A stretch of 60,380 bases of DNA, filler included, from 3 parts of 3 records of this genome joined end to end with filler, not necessarily neighbours in it; one strand, 5' to 3'. Shown: positions 12,301 through 23,017, counted from the whole stretch's first letter. A program made the numbers and translations. The notes: generated by a model from the sequence alone, not told the origin.

Positions 12301-13308
12301 AAGAGTTACTCTGCTCCCCTTATTCTCCTTGGTGGGTCCATTGAATTTGACCTTGGCCTCAGGCATCATCGCCTTTTCACCTGACTGTGATTCAGACATG
12401 TCGATATCTCCCTCCACCCTTGTCGACTTGCCCTGAGTCATTGTCCTGTGGTTTCTTGGTTCATCTCCCCCACAATTTTGTGCCCATATTCTGACGCCCC
12501 GGTAGTACTTTGTCACTTGCGCAGGCTCCAGTGCCTTTCGGAAAACCGAAACTCCACATATTAGGAGGTTCCCCTCGCTCTTCCCTTGGTTTTGCTGATG
12601 GTTTGACGCACCAATAGTAACGTCATTAGCACGATTTGCAAACTCGAGCGCAGGCCACAATACGTTGCAAGAGCGCGCCCACTTCTCCCTTTGTGCAACT
12701 GTCATTCCCCGGAAATCTGCCTTGCACGCCGGCAAGGCATTGGTCTTGCAGCACTGTTTGGAATAAGTGGAAGGTGCATTGCATAGACCATCCTCACCAA
12801 GGACCCATCCCTCTGGACACGGGACCCTATAGTTCATCACATCTACTTTTTCCTTAAACGAGCCGTCCATAAATAGAGATGCTTCCCGACCTCGCACCGA
12901 CACTGCCACCCATAGTGGTTTTCCCAAGATAACTTTGTGCTTAGAAAAGCGAACACCGCCCACACACTCGCTTCCGAACTCTATTGCGGCGCCCCGCACA
13001 CCAAGATACAAGCCCCCACATCGATTCGACTCAGACTGACGAGAGAATATAGTCTTCAACGCGTTTCCAGGACCGTGCTCAAGCACCTTAAACGTGGACG
13101 ATATAGTGAAGTTCGTTCCCCACAGTTGCGCGTCCATATTTGCCGCAAGCACCATTGAAGTTGGAGTGGATAAAGTTTCCCCCAGAGGCGAGGACAACTT
13201 CCACACCAACTCGTTGGAGTTAAAGCCATGACTTGCTTGTGCACTTCTCCATACAAAGAGTAGTAAAAGGGTCACAAGGAGTAACCCAGTTCTATGTAGC
13301 TGTACCAT
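9319..13308 (-). CDS. Secreted protein: signal peptide, two LamG/concanavalin-like domains each with an inserted CPW-WPC module, long helical C-terminus
   Basis: Uninterrupted ORF. MVQLHRTGLLLVTLLLLFVWRSAQA looks like a signal peptide (ATG 13308). LamG-type strands FTISSTFK / WVAVSV / LFMDG / VTIGA; modules CPEGW...KWARSCNVLWPA and RDYTKVCPDGW...FEEKCKVKWPI. Confidence 0.8.
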   Translation of the reverse strand: MVQLHRTGLLLVTLLLLFVWRSAQASHGFNSNELVWKLSSPLGETLSTPTSMVLAANMDAQLWGTNFTISSTFKVLEHGPGNALKTIFSRQSESNRCGGLYLGVRGAAIEFGSECVGGVRFSKHKVILGKPLWVAVSVRGREASLFMDGSFKEKVDVMNYRVPCPEGWVLGEDGLCNAPSTYSKQCCKTNALPACKADFRGMTVAQREKWARSCNVLWPALEFANRANDVTIGASNHQQNQGKSEGNLLICGVSVFRKALEPAQVTKYYRGVRIWAQNCGGDEPRNHRTMTQGKSTRVEGDIDMSESQSGEKAMMPEAKVKFNGPTKENKGSRVTLHDVPANMWHGKFTVSAVVSFKDAESDDAQVLLNRSNENNPCGGPELSLQKGNFILSEKCKSAKSITFDADLGDLKTAQVMVAYDGESGDAKLYVNGEVKSSAVGERDYTKVCPDGWLESSDGYCMDSKLQPLETGCNLEGSKGCAEGSFCCHDTHNVFGDAGNHCSASGTCLQKCESDADPRNNMGYCVGTPAEDKSQCCEDSKLPKCKHDFRNSEEGTKKDFEEKCKVKWPIRALEFTNHGSMEVGAADPSGTSKKWKGVICSLDIYPAALSAEEVDATYTTKQAKVEECAKLAKKRDEGSDDASDKASDKSDSDTKAGNTTQGKDQGKSDGDTHGNNQHGDAREDGHDKESQANEQHNKDRIQKEDICDQMKEDTAAAVTRIAKEMGVTKQALECAWHWSKPFPGYSALKDWMDSYRTTTFKETFPGEAYQPLCLTTATMKDSVKVLKEISESSGHTLDECFNAMKSREASLKFIVNMKLDPTLSEAKVEKCSNFFEVPPSSLPWNELHEKTEHQQEEILKGISPLILQAERISQMTKHIVTEGNAMSKKGLVVKKMSAGDENELEEAYHQEEGMNTEHQETQTHVAKLADEFSQWLVLFGEVKEWIYKKGLAAFVLEMKHDQHNFMVKNRKDFGDAQGRVLEKIDQLRDTNRYLWDKMMNATNFAEDGLNSFITSMTELQHHWEAETNTVKELYDNAHDELLAAAGEALQRGMDTTLKLTGERLNLAMTKTKRNIKKYITGRENADSLTVTKVEERVNSVAEFFTRIDKEIKRMKKEEEDVENSGRSDVSRFEAEVNGNIADIEKFESTVGMKHEEVSKALSTLSTEYMDLVSSSKESVLHEVSLSQDNMMKSHIIDYIHKIEKHYDWVLNNMEVNVEGLASQVTKITNGVQNGVGAVGKLDMDINQGKIPIMHGSLEQLKGLMDRLSRMLGILQKNNHLGMKELVDIATESAQGTRVSVTAPDVPDIGNAIAKYCQKKGKKKNCKQKEE

Positions 13309-13604
13309 TGCCTCCCCTATACCAAAAGCATGATGATCGAAACACTGATCTCCCCAACGTTCTCTTGAACCGACTTGCTTATTAGTGTTTATATTTGCAT
13401 TCAGTGGTTTTATGAGTGCGTTTTCACGGCCAGTAGGGGCGCACACCCCATGAGGACGCCGTTATTGAGCGACGGCCGAGAATCCTACTTCATTGGCACG
13501 ATACTGCAGCAGCAAACGGCACGACAGCGGATACGGTGCGTAAGACGTGGTCGTGGTGCACCCAAGTTCGACGCGACCCTGATCAACAAGTTCAGCCACG
13601 CTCC

Positions 13605-13960
13605 TGTGGGCGGCAGACCGGCCGGGCCCCTTCCGGGTGGGGGGGGGTTGACCCCGGCGCGCCGCCAGGCGAGGGTCTTTTGTTCTTGCGTAAATCAAAA
13701 TACTACGGTTTATCCTGACATAGCGAATGCTTGAGCATTTAGAGTCGATTTTTGGAATCACTATTTTGGTGTCAAGGCGGGCGAGAGCACATTCGGAGCC
13801 ACCACACGGGTCCCAGCACGCCGGACCGCACCCGGCGACCCGGGCCCGAGGGCCGGGGCCGGGCCCCGGCCGGTACCGGGGTCCCGCACCGTACTGAGCC
13901 CGGCACGTGAGGCCGACCCGCGCCCCTGCGCCGGTCCCCCCTTAGGAGCGATGGCGCCCT
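13605..13960. promoter_or_regulatory. GC-rich island(s) between divergent LamG and Tim17-like genes
   Basis: Two very GC-rich blocks (about 13605-13675 and 13795-13960) in the divergent intergenic region. Confidence 0.5.
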
Positions 13961-14100
13961 CCGAAATGAGTGGCAATATCCGCTTTGGATGCAGTTTACG
14001 CCGGCGAGAAGTGGTCGCTTGGTGTGAGTCCACAAGTTCGTATGATAAGATTCATAACACCAACTCAGCTACTAGATTTATAATATGCATCGTCTTTGCT

Positions 14101-14922
14101 ATGAGTGATGACAGTGGTAAGGTTGAGGTGAAACCCACTCAGTTCAGTGACTACTTCAGGAAATTGGAGCCTCATGAGAAAGCACCACCGGTCCCTCCAG
14201 TTGTTGCGACCGTTTTCGGCACTGCAGCATGGGTGTGGTTCCTAGTTGTGACGGTCAGTGCATGGGCTGATATTTTCGTAGGGAACTTTGATTGGCATGA
14301 GCATGGGTGGTGTACGCAAGTTTGCTCAGGTATCGAGTGCGGGTTGCTTTTCACTGAAGCCTTCTTAACAATTTTTCCCTCAAAGGTGAAGCAGGAGACC
14401 TCTTCATCCCCTCCACCAGTAGCGTTCCGCATGAGAATGATTGGTTTTATTCAAGGGAGCGTAGGCTATGGATTCCGTTTTGGAAGCACAGCGTTTGTCT
14501 ACGCCTTGACCGAAGCATTGACTAGGGAATATCTTCCTGAACACAGGGAACCCGCTAGCATGGGTGCTGGAGGTACTGCAAGCGGGGCGGTCCTTGCGCT
14601 GACAGGTAAGCCAGCCAAGCAGGAGATCAACAATGTCGCTTAACTAGGTCCTTCTGAAGGTGGGGGGGGCGCTCGAGGAGCACTTGTAGGCAGTGTACTT
14701 GGGGGAATAATTGGGGGCGTGTGTGGTGTAGGGGTCAGCAAACTTCAAGCATCACTGCCTCCGCAACGGACGCCGGCTCCCCTATCTGAGGAGTCAGAGC
14801 CAGAGCTTGTCATCACAAGCTCTCACTCCGCTAAACATGTTATCGATCTCCTCGATGGGTCATTGGCACAACACGACAAAGCAATAGCCCAGGTGCAGCA
14901 AAATAGCGAGCGGGGCAGTTGA
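14101..14922 (+). CDS. Tim17/Tim22/Tim23-family-like membrane protein (multi-exon)
   Basis: Gly/Ala-rich TM segments GYGFRFGSTAFVYALTEAL, MGAGGTASGAVLAL, GALVGSVLGGIIGGVCGVG; intron starting gtaagcc near 14607. Confidence 0.6.
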
Positions 14923-15022
14923 GTATGACCATGGACACCCTGACATCGTGGACAGTAATAACACCAATATCCTTGTTGTTGACAATATAAACGCAGTCGT
15001 GTGTGTCATCCATTGTATTCTG

Positions 15023-15714
15023 TCAAACTTGCCCTAACTTTGCAGATTGAATGTCATTTGGAAGCTTTCGTCGCCCATAATCGGCCACCCCAAATCTTTC
15101 AAGACTCGATCCCCATCCATATTGATGTGTAGTTGTCTGTGGTAATGCATGATACTATCAGATGGGAACTCACAGTGACCACTGATAAATAGTCTTACTT
15201 GTGGATATGTATACTTTTCTAGTGGTGTTCGTCGCGTCGTTTGAAGAGTTTTCTACATAGTGGCTTAGCCAGTTATTCGAAAGGACAACTACCACTGTTA
15301 TTACCACAAAACTCTTCTCAAAGTCTTCTTCTGGAGTAGGAGGAGGGAGTGGAGTGGGGCGTGCAGGAATAGAGATGTCGAGCTGCTTTTCATCCCACTT
15401 CTTCTTCTTCTTCTTCTTCTTCTGCAAAGCAGGTAAAAACGAGCAATCCGGAAATAACAGTAGTGTACCTTTTCCATCTGCATTTTCATGAAACCCCAAG
15501 TATCCTCGTAGTCAGATGCACACTTCGTTTCACTTTTCACACGCTCCCTCCAGTTCACCTACTCCATAGTTAGACCAGGCACTGCTTATCGCACAAGAGA
15601 GTGCACTCACATCATCATGTACAAAATTGGCTGTGATGGAAAACACAGAGTAAGAATTTGCAGCAACATTATAAGAGACAACAAAACCATACCACCATCT
15701 TTGGCTGCGGCCAT
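15023..15714 (-). CDS. CIMIP1/C20orf85 (LLC1)-like ciliary microtubule inner protein with FAM183-like motif, 6 exons, 138 aa
   Basis: Manual splice, exons 15714-15693, 15630-15611, 15558-15469, 15421-15305, 15252-15199, 15136-15023, all GT-AG. Product: MAAAKDGANFVHDDVNWRERVKSETKCASDYEDTWGFMKMQMEK...TPLEKYTYPQTTTHQYGWGSSLERFG...GQV*. Confidence 0.7.
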
Positions 15715-15919
15715 GTTAACAGTGGAACCTTACGCAAAAAAGTGGCACAAACCAAGCCTTAGAGACATTTGCTAACATTTAAACACAAGAGCTGAAATGC
15801 TTAGTCAGACAGCCTGTCACTCAGGCTGGTCACTTTGCCGGCCAGGGCGAACCATCACATGCCATCCAAAGAAGAGAGCCCCAAACGCGCTGTGCACGCA
15901 CAGTTGGGTGGGTACAGTA

Positions 15920-16520
15920 CTGGGTGGCCGGCCTGTGCGTGGCGTCCGCGGCCGCCCGCCCCCCCCCGCCGGGCCCGCGCCCCAGGCGGCCGCCCGAGAT
16001 GTTGTAGTGCCTTGACGCTGATGCCTTCCAGACATCCAGGTAGAGTGAGCTAGCTGTTCGCAATTCGCCCAATCAATGTCCCACTGAATTCTGCCGGTCC
16101 GCCTGCCTGCCGGACCCGCTGATCAGGCCCCGGGGGCCGACTGAGGCGGTCGGCACCGGCACCCGGCGCCGGGTGACCGAACCGTTGGCCAAGGCGGAGC
16201 CGCTGGTGGCCGATGACGGATCCCCTTGCTGTGGCTCAGCGGCCGCTGCCCTGAGAACGTCAGCCCTGAAGCCAAGGAACCTTGTCTCCAATTTGACACA
16301 TGTCAACACTGAGGGGCCAGCCGACGATGACGACGACTCCGGTTCGTGGGCCCCGGCACCGGCCCGGGGCCGACAGGTGCCCCGGAATCCTTCGCTTCTC
16401 ATCAGTCAGTTTCCGCGGCTTCCTTGGGCGGCCACAGGTCCGTGCATGGTGTCGGCAGGCACGTCAGCCACGGTCCTCAGTGGCAGCAGCACCCGTGACA
16501 GTGCCCGCCCCATGCCAAGC
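15920..16520. promoter_or_regulatory. GC-rich island between divergent ciliary-protein and deaminase genes
   Basis: High GC/CpG block in the head-to-head intergenic region. Confidence 0.5.
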
Positions 16521-16669
16521 ACCTTGAACCCCCCTGTGGGACTCAGAGTCCCTCTTGAGACTTCACTACCGGTGGCAATCAAGCGGCTGAAAATGTGGTT
16601 GTTCGTCCTAAAATACGATCTCTTGTTTATCTAAGAGACTTCAGTCAAGAAAACAGTCTTGTTTACCCC

Positions 16670-18456
16670 ATGTCTTTCGAAAGCTCTCCTCCAAGAAGTC
16701 CCGTGCTTGATCTAAACGTTTCTATAGGAAGCGTTCGGGGTAGCCCATCCCGTCACGTGAGAGGGTTCAGCCTGATATCCTTGGGCGCCAGATCTACTGA
16801 CAAAAAACTAGGTATTATCAGCACAGTATTTGGATAGTTCTTTAAGCAACTTACCTTGCTTTGCACAGATAAGAGTTTCGAGTGCAAATACGGATACGAC
16901 ATTCTTCTTCACATTGTATCTCATTCAGATATACTTCTAAAAATAGAAACCAAAACCAGTGCCCATATCGCAAAGCCGAAACCCGAGGTCTTCCAGTCGG
17001 TCTGTGAGAAGATTGTGGAAAGCCTTCTGCAGAACTTGACGAAGGGTCAACTTTTGCAGCCGCTCAGCGATGCCTCAGGTGAACTCGTTACTGGTTTTGA
17101 ACTCGGCAAGGCGTCGTTTACAGATGATTCTTGGAACAAGTACGAGTTGAGGTCGGAAGATGCGGTTGACCGTAGTGAACTTCCACGTATATGCGGAGTT
17201 CATTTTCCCAAACTTGCTCCGTATTTGCTGCCAAAGTGGCTTGATGCTTTGAGCTCATCAAAGGCTGAAAAGATATTTTATTGCGTCTGTGCTACCACTG
17301 CTGTTGGGGAGTCCAGTACATCTACTGTTGCTGCGGGAAATTTGGTTAAAGTGCTTGTTGAGCACATCTTCCGATACGCAAGTGTGTCGGTAAAAGTCCT
17401 CGCATCCGACGAGTCTTGTGATTTGATGAGATATGATGACAATGTCAAGTTTGTTATGCATTCCGTGTTGCCACGTTTGGAAAGCCATCGTCGAGCCCTC
17501 GCAGAGTATAGCTTCCGCAACAAGGAGTCAAACTGGCAGGACAAATTGACGCTGGTCCTTTCCCTTGCAGATGCTGTTCCGGCAAGGTTGGTTTTTAATT
17601 TTCATGAGGCATTTGTACATCTCTAACATGAGTATTGATGCAGAGTGTCCGCTGTCACAGCTGCTCTTCGCGAGTATAGACCCAGTACTCTTCATATTTT
17701 CAATGTATCTAACGTCCGGGGCAAAAATCAGATTAGGAGAAAGGAGGTCCAGCTACACAAGTTTTCGAAGATGGAAATGCTGCCGTCTCAGCCAATTTCG
17801 GAACTTGACAATGGTACTAGGAAAATTGTCGAGAACATGCAAAGTTACATTCGTCGTTTTGAAGTTGCGGTACATCAAGACAACTCGGACTTGCCTTCTT
17901 TTTGGTTGCGAAAGTCGAAAAAAGCTGTGCTCTCTGTACTTGCAGTTGACGTTCCTCAAATTTCAGAGGGGTGCACAACTCCAAAACGAGGTGCCAATGA
18001 CGAAATAGTAACTGAAACGGAGTATTTCTATGGAGTCAACATGGAGGTATCAATGCCAACTGGCTCATTATGTGCGGAGAGGAATGCCATCGGTGTGTAT
18101 ATTTAGTTGTTGGAGGCCTCCGACTGGTTGCTGATTTTGGTGCAGGTACGGCGCTTGCCACCCATCCCGGACTTCATCGTAGATACATGAAGGCAATAGC
18201 TGTCTACAGTGCTGACATGAATCACTCCCTTGGAAACAATCCCATCTATCCCTGCGGTGCATGTACCGAATGGTTGAAGAAGATTGCTGAGGTGAACCCA
18301 GACTTCAAACTCCTGACATTTGTATCGAAGGACTGTGAGGATGTTATTGTCCAATCCATTTTTACTCTTACCAGTACCCCTGAAGCTGGTGATACTGCTG
18401 AACCAGAGAGAAGGCATTCACACAGCCAGTCATCACCATCTGAAGCTTGGAGATGA
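16670..18456 (+). CDS. Cytidine deaminase-domain protein with long N-terminal extension (multi-exon)
   Basis: C-terminal CDA Zn motifs GVNMEVSMPTGSLCAERNAIG ... PCGAC; exons match ORFs 16595-16837, 16856-17626, 17645-18106 and 18070-18456. Confidence 0.8.
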
Positions 18457-18470
18457 ACTGAATATGGTAA

Positions 18471-20572
18471 CTATCGTGGCCCTTCGATTCTCTTGGTATT
18501 TTTTCCTCTTTTTTCGATTGTTTTCTTGAGATGCATTGGTGGATACGATGATACAGAACGTCCTTTGGAAGGCTGGCTGCCGTATCCTTCCATTCCCTCG
18601 GAGATTTTTGTTTCGTTAAACCCCTTGTCGCTGTTAAACCCCTTATCCTTAGTCAATAATTGGCTTGACTTGATTTTTCCCTGTGATTGACTCGCAGGTT
18701 CATACTCGCAGTCAGATTCTCCGATTGGAAGAGGGCTTCCTGTACAAGAATGGCTTGGTTTTTTGGGAGTTCTCTGCTTTTCTTGGAACCCTTCTAATTC
18801 CATGGGTTCAGGAGCATTGTCACCAGGGAGGTCGATTACGTATGAATTGGCTTCTGAGGGACACTGTGATAGTTCACCCATATGCTGATCGCAATCAGGC
18901 TGTGTTTCGCTCGAAGGTTCAATGTGTTTCACACGATGGCCTGTGCACAGCTTAAACGTCAGTGCTCATCCGTTAGTTTTCATTGTATCTGCTTTGCCTT
19001 TCGAGACTATTGGTTTGCTATCTAAAAGTCCTACTTTCACCAAAGCCAACAAGACGTCTCTAAAACAACGTCAATGCTTCTATTTTTGGAAACCAGCAGC
19101 TATGAATGAAACTTTTTCTACTCACCTGGCACGTTTCTTCACAATGCTAAACTTTTTTTGGATCTTTGCTGCGCTAATGTGCTGTCCCATATCTTTTAGA
19201 GCCGCAGCGACACTCTCCTCGCTTCCGAGCTCCTGGAAGTTTTCGAGAACCTAGTAGAATTTAGTCGCAGGTACACAATCATGACAGTCGGTTCAACACA
19301 CCGTCTTTGCTGCAGACAGGTACGGAGCCAGCGCATTTTCGATGGACCTAGGGACTGAATTGAAATTACAGCTTTTGGGAGGACTTTCTTCGACATCTAT
19401 TTGGTCTTGGGATTCCTGTTCAGGTAGGCCACATGTCTGGGTTGGGGGATCTGCATGACACAGATAAAACGCGAAGAGAATCAGATCTAGTCTATTCCCC
19501 AAGCATAGCAAAGAAATTCTTGCCTTGCTTAAACTTACCTTCGTCTCCATCTTGGGCACTTCCTGTATCCAATCTAGTTTCCGTCATGACACGAAATTTG
19601 ACGTGATGAAACTCTGTCGCAATAAATCCATACTTAATTTTAAGAGCCTTTTTTGTGGACAAGGCATCTTGTTCTGCTTGGATATCTCGAAAGGTAAAAT
19701 AGGGAGATATTCCCACTTCGAAATCCTATAAATATCTTGTTATTTCACTTAATATTCAAGGCATTTCAACAAGAGCAGATCTTTGCTTGAAATCCTGCGA
19801 ATAGACCACACTTGCCTCCGGAATATCTTGGTTGAAATTAAGCTCCATCCGGACGTATCTATCACCTGGGAGAGGTTCCAATGTCTGGCATATAGCGACA
19901 AGGGATCTGATCATCTGACAAAAACCAAAATGAGTGCGCTGGCTTTCATCCAATATGGCGCTTCTGGGATCGGAACTCACAGTAACTGCGGCATTGTTCA
20001 CCTGTTCTTGCGTTTGGATCCTTTTGGGGTCGAAAAGAAACTTGGCGTCGTTCATCTTCAGGGAAACCCCGTCACTTCCATAAGCGAACTGAAAGCTGTA
20101 CTTTTCCACTCTGGTACATTCCTCCCATGATTTCTCGTCCTCTGTTGACGGTGAACGAATAACAAAAACCAGTTCACTTAGCTGGTGCAAAACGGGGGTT
20201 AGTTCAGCTGGCCCTTGCATCTTCTTACCTGCTTTGGAGGCGTACCAACTTCTTCTCAAGAGCCTTAAACGCGCTTACTTCGAGCCACTTAATTATCTTT
20301 TGGATTTCTTCTCTTGCATTTTCTCCTTTTTGTGAAGTCAAGGCATGAATAGTCGTATCTACACTCACTATTGTTACATCTGAGAGTCCTTCAAGCGTTG
20401 AGGTCGAATACGAACCAGCAAACTTCATAGGATTGTAGCTATCCTCTGGGAATAAGTTTCGCAAATATGTAATTTCGCTGATGGCAAGTCTACAAACATT
20501 CCTGACCATCACGAGGGAAGCCACCTCTGAGGCAGTCGCATTTTTTTCTTTAGTAACTGTTTGGCAGACCAT
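18471..20572 (-). CDS. hop1: Meiotic HORMA-domain protein (Hop1/HORMAD/ASY1-like, multi-exon)
   Basis: SLVMVRNVCRLAISEITYLRNLFPEDSY, IIKWLEVSAFKALEKK, EKYSFQFAY, MIRSLVAICQTLEPLPGDRYVRMEL; long disordered C-terminus, unlike the short Mad2/Rev7. Confidence 0.8.
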
Positions 20573-20889
20573 TCTCTTTCTGCCTTTGAGAACCAGGTTC
20601 GAATTTTCCTTGAATTTTCCTTGTAGCCAGGAAGTGATCGTATTTATTTTAGGCCTTAGCTGGGCCGGGTTTGTTCAGTGTGTCGGATATGAGTGCAGGC
20701 TTAATTGCTCTTCTTACCTGGGTTGCGGTCAACATCCCTTTCGGCAACGTAGTGTGTCGTGCCGAAAAAATGATTCGAGAAGAGTGGCAAGTATTGCATC
20801 GAAGATTAACATTTGCGGGGCTGCTGGTGGGTCCGACTCATTGTAAATTCTCGATGGTTTCGAGATCGATTGATTTCCAACTGGTGAAC

Positions 20890-21060
20890 GGCCCGTCACC
20901 CGCGGGGGGGGGCAGCAGGGCCGGCACGGCGTGGTCTGACCATCTGATCATCACTCATCAGGTCCGCTGGCGCGCCTGCCCCCGGCCGGCCCCGGGCCGA
21001 CTCGTGACTTCCCACTTTGGAAGCCGTTTTCTTTCAACGGGCAGGCCCGCCGGGCTCCCT
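20890..21060. promoter_or_regulatory. GC-rich island between divergent HORMA and Ig-repeat genes
   Basis: Short very GC-rich block in the head-to-head intergenic region. Confidence 0.5.
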
Positions 21061-21179
21061 CTCAATAAGACGGGCCCAGGCTTTCGCTTTAGAACTCTGT
21101 GGGCTAGTTGTGGCAATATATATGCAGAAAGTGACTCAACTGCGCCTCTGAAGTGTCGAACTGACGGTTTGAGAGCGAT

Positions 21180-23017
21180 ATGTCGTCGTCGAACCTAAAT
21201 TTAGGAACACCCCGAAACTTGTCTAACCGCCCTTCTACCGCGCGACCAAACCTTCGAGCCGCGGCGGATGTGGGTTTGTCAGTAGAAAACAGGTACACGA
21301 CAATTGTCATTGTTGCACACTATGCTAACCTCCTCTTAGACACACAGCAGAAATATTTGATGAAATGTGCAGGCTAGCGGAAAAGAAGAGCCAAAAGGCG
21401 CCCCCTAAAACTCCGCACTTTGACGAGTTTGGAATCGAGCTGATTTCACATCCAGCTCATACAATATACACTGACAACGGTAGAGCTTTGATTAGCTTCT
21501 CATCACACAGTGCCATTCATGTAATGGGGGCCGTGTACAAGAAAGGTGTTGAGCCAAAAGTATGATCTGAAGTGAAGCTGGAGTTGCGATCATCATGACT
21601 AACTCTTTCAGGAACGCATTGGTGGGGCTGACCATGGTTGGCGAGGACAGGATGGCTTGTATTATGTCGATGTCATATTCCAAGAGGCTGGAGAATATGA
21701 AGTGGTGATTTTTGCAAAGCTTGTGAGCCAGGAGGGTCCTAATATGGTCAGTGTGACCAACTATCATGTGAAGTCGTCCACTGGAACCGGCAAGTTGTTT
21801 CCATCATACTTTCCGCTCTATGATGAGGTATGTGTTGTCAAATATGAGGAGTATGTGAATTGACACGACTGTAAAGGCTGGTTTTCTCACTATCAGTCAT
21901 CCTTATGACGGCATTGAAAGCACGGACGGGTCTCCAGTCGAGGTTACATTCTCCGGTCCCAAAGGAGCGCACTACATGGGTAAGCTCACCAACAATAACA
22001 ACGAAAAGGTCGATGGCGCTACAATGATTAGGCCTGTTCCTGGTGGTGCTGACGATGACAAGTACGAAATGGTTTCGGTAAGGATAGCACTCTACGTGCG
22101 AAGGTGCTTGTTTACGAATCTCATGTCCTCATGCGTAGTGTGTGGTGGTGTTCAAGGATCCAGGAGAGTACCAGCTATCAATTCTGGCATCTCTTCCCGG
22201 GGCTGCTGATCCTGGGTTGCTGAATGGAGTTGTTAAGTATCACATTACCAGCAAAGTTGGTAAGGGGTTGGAAGCTTGCTTTCCCACATTTTATGCTGCT
22301 TGGGAAGATTCAGGTGTAATATTGCGTAGCCACACCCATGGTTATATCATGGCCGAGAAGCCACTTCGAATGACATTTGGAACCCGGGGAAAAGCAACTC
22401 TAATGGGAGAACTCATGGTTCAGGATTCCAACCAAAAATTGGATCTTTGCGTTGATTTCAAGAGAGAGGGCGAGGATGCCGTCCTTTATGTACTGTTTCC
22501 TAAGTCTGATACTTACACCTTGAATGTATTCGTCAGGCAAGAAGGTGTGGAGGGAAACCAGTTCAATGGCATTGTTAAATATACCATCAAAAGTGGTGTC
22601 GGCACAGGTGGAGGCAAGGGATTCCCACAGTTTCATGACGGTTTCGATAAGGGCTGCCTAATTCTTGGCTCACATCCTATGGGCGTAATCGACACCACGG
22701 TGGGAGACTTGAAAATAAGCGTCGGGGTGCCTTGTGGTTTAGAGTTCGAAAGCAAACTGACGGATGGAAGGGAAGGGGCTGCAATTGAGGGAGGCTCATC
22801 TTGTGAACTCTCATCAGAGATTGATGCCAATTTCCCGGAAGGATATCGGGTTCTCTTTATCACTGCAAAACTTCCAGCCGCCGGATCTTTTGGAGTCCGT
22901 TTGAGTGTGAAAGGGACACCCAAGCTACCAGGAGTGCCGGCCGGCGAACCAGTCAGTGGTACAAAGGAGCCGGATAGGTTTGTCGATGCTATCAAATGGA
23001 ATATCAATGCTTCCTAG
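21180..23017 (+). CDS. Protein of tandem KY/hillarin-type Ig-like repeats (multi-exon)
   Basis: About four ~100-aa beta-rich repeats with a recurring (G)FP...G.IL.SH...I...G start and VxFxxxGEYxLxIF...VxYxI end; no transglutaminase domain seen. Confidence 0.55.

Noticed and set aside
15398-15422. (CTT)n microsatellite
   Set aside because: Simply encodes the poly-Lys tract of the CIMIP1-like gene.
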